A stretch of 64,000 nt of DNA from Pelagomonas calceolata (Eukaryota), in NCBI GenBank assembly GCA_918797485.1, contig CAKKNE010000004.1, positions 4,154,001 through 4,218,000 of the forward strand, in the 5' to 3' direction. Below are positions 29,359 to 39,658 of this stretch, piece by piece. The notes under the pieces are model-generated. The model made no database searches. It worked only from the letters and a program-made list of their open reading frames with translations, and was not told the DNA's origin. Every line of letters begins with the position of its first letter. Position 1 is the stretch's first letter. The translations under genes and the position numbers were made by a program.

Positions 29359-30078
29359 ATGGCGAGCCTGCTCCTGGCTGAGAACCAGCTTGAGGAGCTT
29401 ACCGCTGTCCTAGACGGCATAGCCGGCGGCGCCGCGCCAGGAAATATTACGGCAGGAAAGCTCCGGTCTCTGGCCTCCTCCGCACATAGGGCCGCGAGCC
29501 GTTTGCAAGCGTTTGAGGATAAGCAGTACTCTCGGGCCGAGGCGCAGGCGGCCAACAAATTATTCAAGCAGGCCGTGCACATGAGCTCGAGCGACGACTC
29601 AAGCGACGACGACGCCGCGACGACGCTCGACCAGGCCGCCGTCGACGAGCTGCGGGAGGCGGGCAACGCATCGTTTAAAGCAAAGGATACCGTAGACGCC
29701 GCGAGGTCCTGGTCCAAGGCCGCGGCGATGCTCAAGGCCGCCGGGAAACCGGACGCCAAGCTTCTGTCGAACATTGCCGCCGCCCACCTAGCTGGAGACA
29801 AGTTCGTCGCCGCGGCGCACCACGCCGCAGAATCTGTGGATGCGGACCCCGACTGGTGGAAGGGCCACTGGTACCGCGGGCAGGCTTTGCAGAAGATGGT
29901 GCGAAACAAGCCCCCCTCACTCGCCATGGGTGAACGATTAGAGCAGGCCATCGCCTCCCTGAAGGCGTGCCGCGCGGCGCCTTCTTTACCAGAAAACAAG
30001 CACAAGGAAGTGGATATCGCGCTGAAGGCCGCAAAGGACTACCAGCTCCGCACGTGCGAGGCCTGCAAACAACAGTAA
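29359..30078 (+). CDS. TPR-domain protein (co-chaperone-like TPR)
   Basis: ELREAGNASFK, LLSNIAAAHL, DPDWWKGHWYRGQAL. Confidence 0.8.
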   Translation: MASLLLAENQLEELTAVLDGIAGGAAPGNITAGKLRSLASSAHRAASRLQAFEDKQYSRAEAQAANKLFKQAVHMSSSDDSSDDDAATTLDQAAVDELREAGNASFKAKDTVDAARSWSKAAAMLKAAGKPDAKLLSNIAAAHLAGDKFVAAAHHAAESVDADPDWWKGHWYRGQALQKMVRNKPPSLAMGERLEQAIASLKACRAAPSLPENKHKEVDIALKAAKDYQLRTCEACKQQ

Positions 30079-30081
30079 TAG

Positions 30082-30768
30082 TTACTTCTTTCTCCTAGAT
30101 TGGTGCACCTTCGCGAGCGCGTACATGTAGTCGCCACTCGAGGCGTACTCGCGGTTGTCGACCGCCCTCGAGATCCAGTCCGCCGACACCTTGGGCTGCC
30201 CGGCGGCCTCCGCCAGTAGCCCTCGATATAGCGAAGCGTAGAACCGGTCGCCCGCGCCGCCGTCGGTCGCGATTTGTTCGAGAGCACCGATCGACTCCGC
30301 GTCGCCATTTCTAAAGGCCTCTTCAACGGTGCGCATTACTCTCCGCGGGTCCCGGCCCATCTTGATCATCTGCGGCCGCGCCTTCGCCAGGCCTTCGGTG
30401 CGCGCCATCGCCAACAAGTGCCAGACGGCCTCCTCCGTGTCGTTCGGGTTCTCGGCGACGTCCATCAGGAATTGCTTCCTCGCATCTTTGAATCTGTCAG
30501 CGTAGTAATAACTCAATCCGCGCTGCCACAGCCGCGTCGCGTACCGCGGGTCCGCCTCTTCCGCAGCGTCAAAAAGCTTGATGGACTCTTCGACGTCGCC
30601 CTTCTCGAACGCCGTCATGCCTTGGCGGGCATACGTGCGCGCGTCGCTGGCCACTGCAGGGGTTGCCAGGGCTGCAAGGGGTGCTGGCGCGGCGACCGCT
30701 AAGCGACGCCTGCTCACTCGCAGCGAGGTGGTGCGCAGGGCGACTGCGAGCAATGCTAAAACACGCAT
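30082..30768 (-). CDS. NlpI-like TPR protein with signal/plastid-type presequence
   Basis: RQGMTAFEKGDVEESIKLFD, LWQRGLSYYYA, NPNDTEEAVWH, DPRRVM, FYASLYRGL, DYMYALAKVH; N-terminal signal followed by SRRR. Confidence 0.85.
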   Translation of the reverse strand: MRVLALLAVALRTTSLRVSRRRLAVAAPAPLAALATPAVASDARTYARQGMTAFEKGDVEESIKLFDAAEEADPRYATRLWQRGLSYYYADRFKDARKQFLMDVAENPNDTEEAVWHLLAMARTEGLAKARPQMIKMGRDPRRVMRTVEEAFRNGDAESIGALEQIATDGGAGDRFYASLYRGLLAEAAGQPKVSADWISRAVDNREYASSGDYMYALAKVHQSRRKK

Positions 30769-30826
30769 GGCGACTGCGGCTGCACACACAGCGAGCTTGG
30801 CCCCACTGAGTTTGGCTGAGATGCAT

Positions 30827-30848
30827 GCTAGTGTGTCAGGCCGCTAGC
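30827..30848 (-). promoter_or_regulatory. Recurrent CTAG-N12-CTAG motif
   Basis: Reverse complement reads gctagcggcctgacacactagc. Confidence 0.6.
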
Positions 30849-31183
30849 GCGAATCCTGCGGCACTCCTCAACGCCGTCTACACGGAGCCATCTGCGCGGA
30901 TCGAGCAGTCTCGCGCGGGACTCCGTGATTTGGAACCGAGCCTTTCGGGAGCTGTGACCATCTCTTTGCATCGAGAGTGGAAGCCAAAAGGGCAGCCAGC
31001 GCTGCATCGATTCATCGATTTGGGCTTTACGTCACCGCTTGCATCGCCTCCGACGCGTTGGGGCTGCCTGTCGCATCGCTAAGGTCGCACAATACACAAG
31101 GGCAGCATCAAAGCTGCTCCAGTCCCTTGCGAGGCGGGGAGACTCTCTAGCTCGACGCGTCACGACGGCACGCTGTCGACGCC

Positions 31184-32506
31184 ATGGCCTTCCTCTTCGC
31201 GGACCGCCCCGCTCTCCTGAAAGACTTGGACAACGATGAAGCCCGAGTGATCGAATATGAGCGTGTAAGGGACCGCTGGTTCGCATTTACCGTACCTTTC
31301 TCGATCGCGCACGGCTGCGTCGTCACGTTGATCACTTATGCTTCCACGGTGCAGGGCCCGGAGCTGGCCAATTGTGGCTTGGCGGCCTTCTACGCCTGCT
31401 ATACGTTGAGTGCGCTGACATTAGCGACGGTGTTCGTCGATAGAGAAGGACCTAGACGGTCGATGCTTATTGGATTTGGCGCGTACTGCGTCCTCGCGTT
31501 CTCCTACGCGCTCTACTCGCTTTCCCAAAATGCCGTCACGTTCGCCATTGTGATTATCGCCTCGGCCGGCGGTGGTATCGGAGGCGGCCTGATCTGGGTC
31601 TCGCAGTCGCGGCACTACGCCGCCATGTGCAAGGACGCGGCGGGGCCCGCGCCCAACAACTTCGCTTCCAGTTTTGCCTTCTGGTACATCGGCACGGAAG
31701 GTGTGGTGAAACTCGCGACGGCGTCATTCTTGACGCTTGTTGATGATTTAACTGTGGCATGCACGACCCTATTCATTCTACTGGTCGCGGCTTATGGTGC
31801 GATGGTTTTAAGACCCGAGTCCTGCGGCTTCGCGACCGATGATGAAGGTGATATCATGAACACGATGCGAAGCGTCTCACTATCATCAATCGGCAGTGTC
31901 GCCAAGGCCCACGCCGAGGACCCCCGCATCATACCGCTCTCGCCGCCCTGGCTCGCGTTCGGCTTCTCGTCGGCGGCGTTCACGTCGTGGTACGCCGGGG
32001 TGGTCTCGACCTACCGGCCGAACGCTTTGGTGGGCTTCGCGGCCGCTGAAGTTGCTTTAGTGGCCGGCGCATTGGCGCCCTTGTTTGGGTGGCTCGCGGC
32101 GCGGTTTGGGTTGCGGGCGCCCGTTTTGTTGGGCGCGGCGTCCTACGCCGTCCTAGGCATCATCATGGCCGTAGCTGGTATGGAGCAAAATTTGACGGAC
32201 AATGGGTCGTTGTGGGTCTACTGCTTCTTTATTGGGGCGGTCCGGTCGTTCTACGAGAACACGTCGAAGATGTTGGTCGTCGAGTTTTTGGACGACGCGC
32301 CTTCACTAGTGAATAGAGCCATGGCGGCGATGTATTTCCACAACGGCAGCGCGTCCACAATCACCTTCCTCTGTCTGTTGATCCCGGCGAATCCTTATAG
32401 AGGTATTGGGTATGCGATGGTCGGCTTCGGTCTGTTGATCGGCGCCGGGTTTTTGCGCCTACGCTCGCTGAAGGACACGGAAACGGGGTACACGCTACTC
32501 GCCTAG
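31184..32506 (+). CDS. UNC-93-like major facilitator superfamily transporter
   Basis: Many hydrophobic helices; GGGIGGGLIWVSQ resembles the UNC-93 signature. Confidence 0.75.
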   Translation: MAFLFADRPALLKDLDNDEARVIEYERVRDRWFAFTVPFSIAHGCVVTLITYASTVQGPELANCGLAAFYACYTLSALTLATVFVDREGPRRSMLIGFGAYCVLAFSYALYSLSQNAVTFAIVIIASAGGGIGGGLIWVSQSRHYAAMCKDAAGPAPNNFASSFAFWYIGTEGVVKLATASFLTLVDDLTVACTTLFILLVAAYGAMVLRPESCGFATDDEGDIMNTMRSVSLSSIGSVAKAHAEDPRIIPLSPPWLAFGFSSAAFTSWYAGVVSTYRPNALVGFAAAEVALVAGALAPLFGWLAARFGLRAPVLLGAASYAVLGIIMAVAGMEQNLTDNGSLWVYCFFIGAVRSFYENTSKMLVVEFLDDAPSLVNRAMAAMYFHNGSASTITFLCLLIPANPYRGIGYAMVGFGLLIGAGFLRLRSLKDTETGYTLLA

Positions 32507-32619
32507 TCGACGACGCGCCCGCGCCGCTGACTGGTTCTCGTTCCTCGAGCGCGTCGCCGCGGGGGAGGTCGTGTGGCCGCGTCACGGTTACTAACATGTA
32601 TTTTGTACGGACATAATAC

Positions 32620-33645
32620 TTATCTTGTCGTGAGCGGCCCAAACATTAACTCGACCGCGGCGTCGTCCGGGAAGGCCTTGTCCTTCCAGGCCTTGTCCAG
32701 CCCCGCCTTCGTAATACGCAAAATAGAGCCCTCTACAAACGAACAGTGGAACCAAAACCCATAACCCTTCTTCTTGCCCTTGATGGACACATGGACCTCC
32801 TCCGTGAGGGGCACTCTTTTCATAAGGCGGCCGCCCAAGCCGCTATAAACATATGAACCGCAGGTGACGTCCACTAACCCGATGGTGGACCGCACGCCGT
32901 TGAGTATCAGCACGCGCCGCGGCGGCGCCGGGCAGTCCGTCGCTTGTTTACGCCAGCGCGCGTTCCACGCTTGATCAAGTAAATGTTCACAAGGCGTTCC
33001 CCAGCCCCTTCCACCGAGGTCCTCGTCGCGGAAGCGATGCGTCGTATATACCGAATCCAGGTCCACGACGTGCCTCCGCTCGCAGCAGTGCCCAAAATAC
33101 TCCACAAACCGTCTTTGGGAGGGAATCGTGACGCCCTTCCGGTTCTTCGTTCGAGCACTACCGTAGGCCGCCATAGCCTCTGCGGGTGTCCGGTACAGAC
33201 GAGCATACAAGAAGTATGCTGATATACAAGTACCCGTCCGCCCCTTGCCCGCCTTGCAGTGCACCGCGATCACATGCTCCTTATGTGAAGACAGCCACTC
33301 GTGTGCGCTTTCACAAAAGTAGTAGAGCAATCCTAAGGGCGGCGGGCTATGGTCGTCGAACGGAAACCGCTCGAACCGTCCACCAAACCGCGTCATGGCG
33401 TACGTATTGCGTGTTTCCGAGCACAGGTTGTACACCTTGTAATTTGTGGAGTGCCTCGTCTCCAGAAAGCGTTCCACGTCTTCGATGCGATTCCGGTACA
33501 TCTTCTGGTAGTCGACGGACGGGATGCCCATGGCTATTATACGTGGTGTGACGTAGGTCAGATCCAGATCGAAGCCGTCCTCTCTCATCCTATGCTTCTT
33601 CTTCGAGACGAGGGCCCGCACCTTATTCTGGAGGAGCTGGGCCAT
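32620..33645 (-). CDS. PTEN: PTEN-like phosphatidylinositol 3-phosphatase with reduced C2 domain
   Basis: VSKKKHRMREDGFDLDLTYVTPRIIAM, YRN, KVYNLCSE, FPFDDH, HCKAGKGRTG, GVTIPSQRR, FWFH.SF, LDKA.KDK.F. Confidence 0.92.
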   Translation of the reverse strand: MAQLLQNKVRALVSKKKHRMREDGFDLDLTYVTPRIIAMGIPSVDYQKMYRNRIEDVERFLETRHSTNYKVYNLCSETRNTYAMTRFGGRFERFPFDDHSPPPLGLLYYFCESAHEWLSSHKEHVIAVHCKAGKGRTGTCISAYFLYARLYRTPAEAMAAYGSARTKNRKGVTIPSQRRFVEYFGHCCERRHVVDLDSVYTTHRFRDEDLGGRGWGTPCEHLLDQAWNARWRKQATDCPAPPRRVLILNGVRSTIGLVDVTCGSYVYSGLGGRLMKRVPLTEEVHVSIKGKKKGYGFWFHCSFVEGSILRITKAGLDKAWKDKAFPDDAAVELMFGPLTTR

Positions 33646-34038
33646 GCTGCCCCCTACTTGTGTGCTGCTGCCGTCGCGTCAGTTCCGATGTGCTTGCAAC
33701 CTGCTGCCCTTTACGTCGTGGCGCGCCGCTGTCGCACCGTGCGTCGGTTCGGCAGGGTGTGCTGGGATCTGGCAGCTATGCGACGAGCTGCGGACCGTCT
33801 GGTGCCGCTCCTTTTTTGTATTGCTTGCCCAACAGGAAAATGTGATGGGCAATTGCTGGGCGCGACCCGCACGATGGTGGACCGCTGCCGGGCCTATCCC
33901 ACGCGTCCGAGGAGAGCTCGCATCGGCCCTTGGGCGCGTGGACGAATGACGGCATTTTTATCACCCTCTGGAAATTGGCAGCATGGCCATGGCAGCACAA
34001 GACGCCGTCGCTGCCGCATCGATGCGGAAAACAATGCG

Positions 34039-35358
34039 ATGAAGTGGGGCAGCCTCCTATGGCTCTGCTGTTTAACAGCTGGAGAGATCGGCCGCCAGCC
34101 CAAGCCACCCTTGACGGAGGAGCAGAAGCGCCGCCGCCAGCAGTACATCGCGGACAAGAAAGTTAAACGCGCTCGGCAATTAAAACGCATGCGCTGGGAG
34201 GTGCAGCAGCGGCGCCAAGCTGAAAGGGAAGCGACACAACCGCTCACGTCGGAGGAAATTGCGAGGGACGCCGCGAGGACGCGCCGCGCGTCACTATGGC
34301 GCCTGCCGCACCTCCCGCCAACGGACCACATCCCGCTCGGCCCGCGCGAGCCGCGCTTCGCGCTGCGAAGTTTCTACGTGTCGCGAAAACATAAAATTGC
34401 GTTCTGCGCGATCCCGAAGGTCGCCTGCACGGAGTTCATCCGCCTCATGTACCGGTTAGAAGGTGATGTTCATTGGTGGAAGGACCCCCACTTCCGCACG
34501 GACGCTTCTACTTTACTGAAGAGAGGCGATGAAAGGGAAGCAGAGCACATACTGAACGACGCGAACTGGACGAAAGTAGCATTTTTGAGAGATCCGGCGA
34601 CGCGGGCGTTATCCGCCTACTTGGACAAATTTGTGGACTCGCCTTCGCGGGGCATCCACGGCAATTATGGTTTGAGGCACTTTGGGCGGGAGCTGAACTG
34701 GACGGAGTTTGTCGATACGCTTGGGAGTGAGAATACCGATAGGTACAAGCCCGAGGGTTTACATGTTGGTTCGAATGCGCACTGGAAGCCCCAGCGGTTT
34801 CACTGTTCGCTGGAAAAGTTTCTGACGAAGTATCAGTTTATTGGGAGGTACGAGTCGCTGCGCGACCACGCGGAGATGCTCCTTAGATCTTTAAATCTGT
34901 GGGACGCGTACGGTTCAAAAGGTTGGGGCCACCGCGACAAGCGCCAGCGGCTCATGCCCAAACCAAGTGATAGTATACCGGTCCGGGATTCACTCTTTGC
35001 GCAGAAGGCGAAACATTCCACTAACGCCGACGCGCGGAAAGCTTCGTACTTGACGCCGTCTATTTTATCCAAGCTGAGAGAGATCTACGCCATGGACTAC
35101 GAGATGCTCGATGCTATTGATGCGTCGCCCGATCCCGGGAACGGGGCTCGCTGGTCGCCGCGGCACCGTAATTTGTGTGACGGCGTCCGGCGCGACGACC
35201 GGCGCATGTTCGGCGCGTGGTGTGGCTTCGGGTCGCGGGCGCGGATCGCACGGGAGGAGCAGCGGGTCGTGCTGCGGCCTGAAATGCCGTCGACGCGCGC
35301 GCCGTTGCGAAAGGACGGCCTGACGCTCCTGGACCGGCGCGACGCGCTTCAAACGTAG
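34039..35358 (+). CDS. Golgi-type carbohydrate sulfotransferase (Sulfotransfer_2 family)
   Basis: Signal MKWGSLLWLCCLTAG; FCAIPKVACTE (5'-PSB), RDPATRALSAY (3'-PB), HWKPQ, FIGRYESL, YAMDY. Confidence 0.88.
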   Translation: MKWGSLLWLCCLTAGEIGRQPKPPLTEEQKRRRQQYIADKKVKRARQLKRMRWEVQQRRQAEREATQPLTSEEIARDAARTRRASLWRLPHLPPTDHIPLGPREPRFALRSFYVSRKHKIAFCAIPKVACTEFIRLMYRLEGDVHWWKDPHFRTDASTLLKRGDEREAEHILNDANWTKVAFLRDPATRALSAYLDKFVDSPSRGIHGNYGLRHFGRELNWTEFVDTLGSENTDRYKPEGLHVGSNAHWKPQRFHCSLEKFLTKYQFIGRYESLRDHAEMLLRSLNLWDAYGSKGWGHRDKRQRLMPKPSDSIPVRDSLFAQKAKHSTNADARKASYLTPSILSKLREIYAMDYEMLDAIDASPDPGNGARWSPRHRNLCDGVRRDDRRMFGAWCGFGSRARIAREEQRVVLRPEMPSTRAPLRKDGLTLLDRRDALQT

Positions 35359-35396
35359 TCATTATTGTAACCTTGTTGTTAGTGCTCCGTGAAGGG

Positions 35397-36627
35397 TTAA
35401 CCAGAAGGCGGCGGCGGCGGTGCGGCCAGGTTTCGCGCCGCGGCCAGCAGGCTCGACGGCTTCTTCGCCGCGGGCGCCGGCGCCGGCGCGGCCGGCGCGG
35501 GTGCCGCCGCGGCCTCGCCGACGGCGAGGGAGGTGATGTCGACGGGCGCGACGGTCGCCTTGCGGATCAGCGCCGCAGGGACGGCGTACTCGCGGTCGCC
35601 GTCGTCCTGTGTGGAAATCAAATTTCAGACCCCCCACGCCGTCGACGCGATGATGGCGTGGAGGTTGATTTTCTACACAGGCTCGGACATAGGCGATGTC
35701 GTATTTGTCTCCCGGCAGCGCCGTCGCGATGGTGCCGGGATACCACGTCACATCGCCCTGGAACCTCGCGTCGACCCGGTCGAGGGCCTTGAAGGATTGC
35801 TGTTTTTTCGGCGCGGCGGCCGCGGGCGCCGGCGCGGGCACGGCCACGGGCGGCGCGACGGCCGTCGCCGGCGCGCCGGGCGGTAATGGTGGAGGCGCCG
35901 TCGTGGCCTCCATCTCGAGGTGGGCCTGCTCGGCCTGTTCGAGCGACGTGTTGAACCCGAAGCTCATCATGCCTCCGGAACTGCCGAAGTTGCCGCCGGT
36001 TTGTGAAGGCAAGGCCGCGGCGTCGCCGGGCGGCGGACACGCGCAGATCTGATCCGTACCGCCCCGGGGAAACCACGGCTTCCGCTCGCTCTCGTCCAGA
36101 TATTTCCAATGATTTAAGGTCTTGAACTCGTCGTTGAAATCAAACACGCCCCACCACAGGTTGTAGGACGGGTCGAGGTTGGCACTTTTCATATGTTGCG
36201 CTTGCTCCGGGTAGCCTCCCAGGAACGGCGCAAAACAAATCCCATCACTCAACTCGATGATGGGCTCCGTCTTCGCGTACAAATAGAAGGTACAGTTGTG
36301 GCAGTCCCTGGTCCTTAATTGCTTGCACGCGAGATAAAACGTGCAATCGGAGCAATCACGAACAAACACGCTCTCCGACGACGCTCCCAGAAACACGCGG
36401 CACGTCTTCAGCTGGTCGATCTGCACCTGATCACAATGATCCGTGATCACGATCTCGCAGCCCTCGCACTCCGCGATGTCGAAGGGCTGCCCCTCGATCT
36501 TGCCGGCCTCTTTACTCAGCTGCTCATTCTTCTTGTTCTTGAAGGTGAAGGAGAGCTCGAACTCGTACTTGCGCCATTCTCGTTTGGTCTCAAATTCCTT
36601 GCCGTCGCTGGCCGTGTACTTGCCCAT
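35397..36627 (-). CDS. RP2/XRP2-like TBCC-domain protein with C-terminal Tudor-like domain; exons 36627-35689 and 35606-35397
   Basis: GQPFDIAECEGC, DHCDQVQID, SVFVRDC, ACKQLRTRDC, TEPIIE, NLWWGVFDF. Splicing gives the Tudor-like WYPGTI...YDIAY|DDGDREYAV. Confidence 0.88.
35607..35688 (-). mobile_element. Introner-like (TIR/MITE-derived) GT-AG intron, 82 nt
   Basis: GTCCGAG-CCTGTGTAGAAAATCAA...TTTGATTTCCACACAG|G; removal restores the reading frame. Confidence 0.85.
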
Positions 36628-37043
36628 GGTTGGGTGGGTGTTGGGGTGTTCGATTTGTTGGGCTGCTCACAGCTGTCGTCGGACAAGGCTTACAGCGTGT
36701 GTCCGCTTGATGGCGTGGGAGTTTGCCGCACGGATGCGCGCGTCCCGCGATGGAGGCTGCCCTGCCACGCTCCCCGAAATCGCGCCGAGTGTGCTAGTAT
36801 GGATGTCGCTGGTCTTTATTTTTTTGCGGCAGCTTCTTTGGACCTCCGGGTTGTGAGCGTTGCAGTACTTCCCTGACCCGGCGCAGCGTGTTCCGACCTC
36901 TCTCCACATTAGAGGTAGCCATCGAAGAGGACCACGCCATCGCTGGGGGCGCACGAAACTCCCCTGGACGACAAACTCCTACTTGGAGTCCAACTGTGTT
37001 TGCCGCGAGTCGACGCGGCATCGCTTCGAAAGGGCAGGCCAAA

Positions 37044-38990
37044 ATGTTGCGGTACCTCCTGCTAGCAGCTCTCACAACGCAAGCCGCGGCGGACGCCAGC
37101 GCCTGCGCCGCCGCGCTCGCGGACATGACCAACCCGCAGTCGAAGAACGCGGCCAAGAACGCGCTCGCCTCGTTCACGTGCCCGAACGTCTTAGCCGCCG
37201 CCGGGTTTAGTTGGACGTCCGGGGACACTTACGCCTTTGCTGCTAGGCAGCACATGTCTGATTTTGGCGACCCCGACGCCTGCGAATCTATTGGAGGATT
37301 CCGCTACGTCGGTGTCCAGTACCCGTTCGGACAGTGGGGTTTATGTGTGCCACGTGAATGCGACGCGGAGAATCTAAACGAGCTCCTTAAGATGGGACAG
37401 GGGTTGACGGGGGCGACGAAGGTCGTGTCCGGTCGCTTCCGCTTTAGAATGGGTGCCGGCGGCGGGTTCATGGTCGCCCTCTTTGTGATACTGGTCGTGG
37501 CTGCATTGGTAGCGACTGCGTTCGAGCCGCGAATCGTCGCGCACGTCAAGGGCATCGTGTACAAGGAGGATTACGCCCTCGTGACCGAAGTCTACCGGGG
37601 CCCGGCGTGGCTCCAGTGCTTCTCGCTCGTGAGGAATTACGATCAGTGGTTGTCGAGAAGAGAAGATAATCCGCTGAGCTGCCTGGACGGCGTCCGGGTG
37701 GTGTCGATGCTGATGGTGATCCACGGCCACACGCTATTAATCGGTATTTATGGGATGTACACGAATGTCTTCAGCGCGCTCTACCCCCCGGATGGGCTCG
37801 TGAGCACCGCGCGGGGCCAGTCATTACCAAGCGACGAGTTCGCCGTCGACTCGTTCTTCTGGCTGAGCGGTTTGCTTGCCACGAGGGCGCTCGTCAAATA
37901 CGCGCAGGGTAGGGGATGGAAGTGGATTCCCCAGACATATTTGTTTCGCTACCTGCGCCTGACGCCTTTATACTTTTTTGTATTGCTCTTCTGGTGGAAA
38001 GCTTTGCGAATCGTGGGCCTCGGCCCGCTGTGGCTCAACCAAAGGGGGGGCTACCGGAGGTGCAAGCGGTACTGGTGGACGAACATGCTCTACGTCAACA
38101 ACTTGGTACCGTTCAAGGACACGTTTACCGAGCAATGCTTCGGCCACGCCTGGTACCTAGGCAACGATATGCAGTTTTTTATCATCCTGCCTCTGTTTAT
38201 CGTGGCGTATACGTTTAACCGGAGGGCGGGGTATGCATCCTTATTCGTCGGGTTCTGGGCCTCGATCATCTACTCGCTCTGGGCCGCCGGCCACTTCGGC
38301 TTCTCTGCCGGAGTTGGCGCCCCCCCCGACCAGCAAACATACTATTACGTGCGGCCCTGGACGCGCATCCCACCCTACCTTGTTGGTTCGGCAACGGCTC
38401 TTCTCTTGAACGACGTGTCGTCCAAGCCGTCTCGGATAATATGTGAAGCGATGAGGCTCGTGGCGCTGCTGATCCTGGGGCTGTGCTACTTCGGGGCTTA
38501 CCCCTTCTGGCAATCGCCCATGAAGCACGGCCTCAAGCGCCTGAATCATTCGTACGTGGCGCTGACGAAGCCGGCCTGGGCCGTGGCGTTGTCGCTGCTA
38601 TGCTGGCCGTCGTTCCGCGGCCACCGCGGGATGATCGGGCGGCTTTTGGAGCTGCCGCTGTGGGAACCTTTGGCGAAGCTTACCTACGCCATGTACCTCA
38701 TCCACATGCCCCTGATCGAGATCTTTTATTGGGCCCGGCGCGGCGGCCGCATCTACTTCTCGGTGCCCTGGTGGTGTTTCGCGTTCCTGGGCGTGGCGAG
38801 CGCGACAGGATTCGTGTCCGTGGTTCTGTATCTGTTCGTGGAGCTGCCGTTCCACAACTTGGTGATGCTCCTGCGCAAGAGACTCGCGACGCCGCCGGCG
38901 CGCCGCGTGGACGACGACGACGCCCTCGCCGAGCTCGCGGAGCCGCTCACGGAGCCCGTGTCGCCGGCGTCGGAGGTCGAGGTGAACTAG
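37044..38990 (+). CDS. NRF-6-like acyltransferase 3 family membrane O-acyltransferase
   Basis: Signal peptide, NRF-like GLCVPREC, LDGVRVVSM..VIHGH, AVDSFFWLSG, RYLRLTP, WWTNMLYVNN, HAWYLGNDMQF, PWTRIPPY, KLTYAMYLIH, VELPF. Confidence 0.92.
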   Translation: MLRYLLLAALTTQAAADASACAAALADMTNPQSKNAAKNALASFTCPNVLAAAGFSWTSGDTYAFAARQHMSDFGDPDACESIGGFRYVGVQYPFGQWGLCVPRECDAENLNELLKMGQGLTGATKVVSGRFRFRMGAGGGFMVALFVILVVAALVATAFEPRIVAHVKGIVYKEDYALVTEVYRGPAWLQCFSLVRNYDQWLSRREDNPLSCLDGVRVVSMLMVIHGHTLLIGIYGMYTNVFSALYPPDGLVSTARGQSLPSDEFAVDSFFWLSGLLATRALVKYAQGRGWKWIPQTYLFRYLRLTPLYFFVLLFWWKALRIVGLGPLWLNQRGGYRRCKRYWWTNMLYVNNLVPFKDTFTEQCFGHAWYLGNDMQFFIILPLFIVAYTFNRRAGYASLFVGFWASIIYSLWAAGHFGFSAGVGAPPDQQTYYYVRPWTRIPPYLVGSATALLLNDVSSKPSRIICEAMRLVALLILGLCYFGAYPFWQSPMKHGLKRLNHSYVALTKPAWAVALSLLCWPSFRGHRGMIGRLLELPLWEPLAKLTYAMYLIHMPLIEIFYWARRGGRIYFSVPWWCFAFLGVASATGFVSVVLYLFVELPFHNLVMLLRKRLATPPARRVDDDDALAELAEPLTEPVSPASEVEVN

Positions 38991-39080
38991 AGATTGTCGT
39001 ATCGTCTCCCCGATCCCCTTTTTCCCCCCTTTTCCTAACTTTTTGATTGATCTATATAGATGGACGAAGTGTTGTTGTTG

Positions 39081-39353
39081 TTACACCCCGTAAAATCGCG
39101 GCGCCTGATCGAAGGATCGGCGCAGTACGCGTATGACCTCGTCGAGCGCGTAGTCAATAGGCCCAGGCAGACAGTAGTGGACCGTGTCGCCCTCGCCGTT
39201 GTGCGAGCCGGGATGCGCATCCTGCCTCCTACCAAGCATCTCCACGTCGTCGATAATTCCGTGGCCGACGGCCGAGAACGCCGCGACCGACGCCGCATTC
39301 ACCCGCTGCCAGAGGCCGTGCCGGTACTCGTCGACGCCCTCGGGATCAATCAA
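39081..39353 (-). pseudogene. 5'-truncated fragment of a PC-esterase/TBL (SGNH-like) gene
   Basis: RQDAHPG...GDTVHYCLPGPID matches the DxxH-CLPG catalytic motif; no ATG before the frame meets the duplicated block at 39357. Confidence 0.6.
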
Positions 39354-39356
39354 TTG

Positions 39357-39497
39357 TCAGAGTGGTCGTGCGTCGGTCGTGCGTGTCGTAGTCCGCGATC
39401 AGTGATCGAAATCAATAGCTAGAGCAATGAGGTTGCGCCACGACGCTCAACTCGCGTGCGGCAAATGCGGCGAGCTAGCGGCCTGTAAGACACTAGC
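39357..39497 (+). repeat. Direct repeat copy A (duplicated leader/promoter, includes a consensus CTAG motif at 39474-39497)
   Basis: 39357-39410 matches 43322-43375 at 51/54 nt; both copies also share ttgcgccacgacgc and the motif. Confidence 0.85.
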
Positions 39498-39658
39498 GAA
39501 CTTTTTTGATTGCCCTATAGCTAATAGTAGTTTTAAAGCTGCCAGCCTGAGTGTAAAACTTGAACCGGAACTGAAAAATTCACACAGCATGCTTATCACC
39601 CCCTTGGGGAGTTGGACGCGCCCGAGTCCCTAGCGTCCTCGCCGCGCCGCCGCCCGGC

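Noticed and set aside
33349..34038. N-terminal 230-aa extension of the 669-aa sulfotransferase ORF
   Set aside because: It is antisense to the PTEN 5' end and spans the divergent promoter; a signal peptide starts at ATG 34039.
35362..35688. Unspliced C-terminus of the 421-aa RP2 ORF
   Set aside because: It reads through the TIR intron into a low-complexity frame; the spliced form restores a Tudor-like motif.
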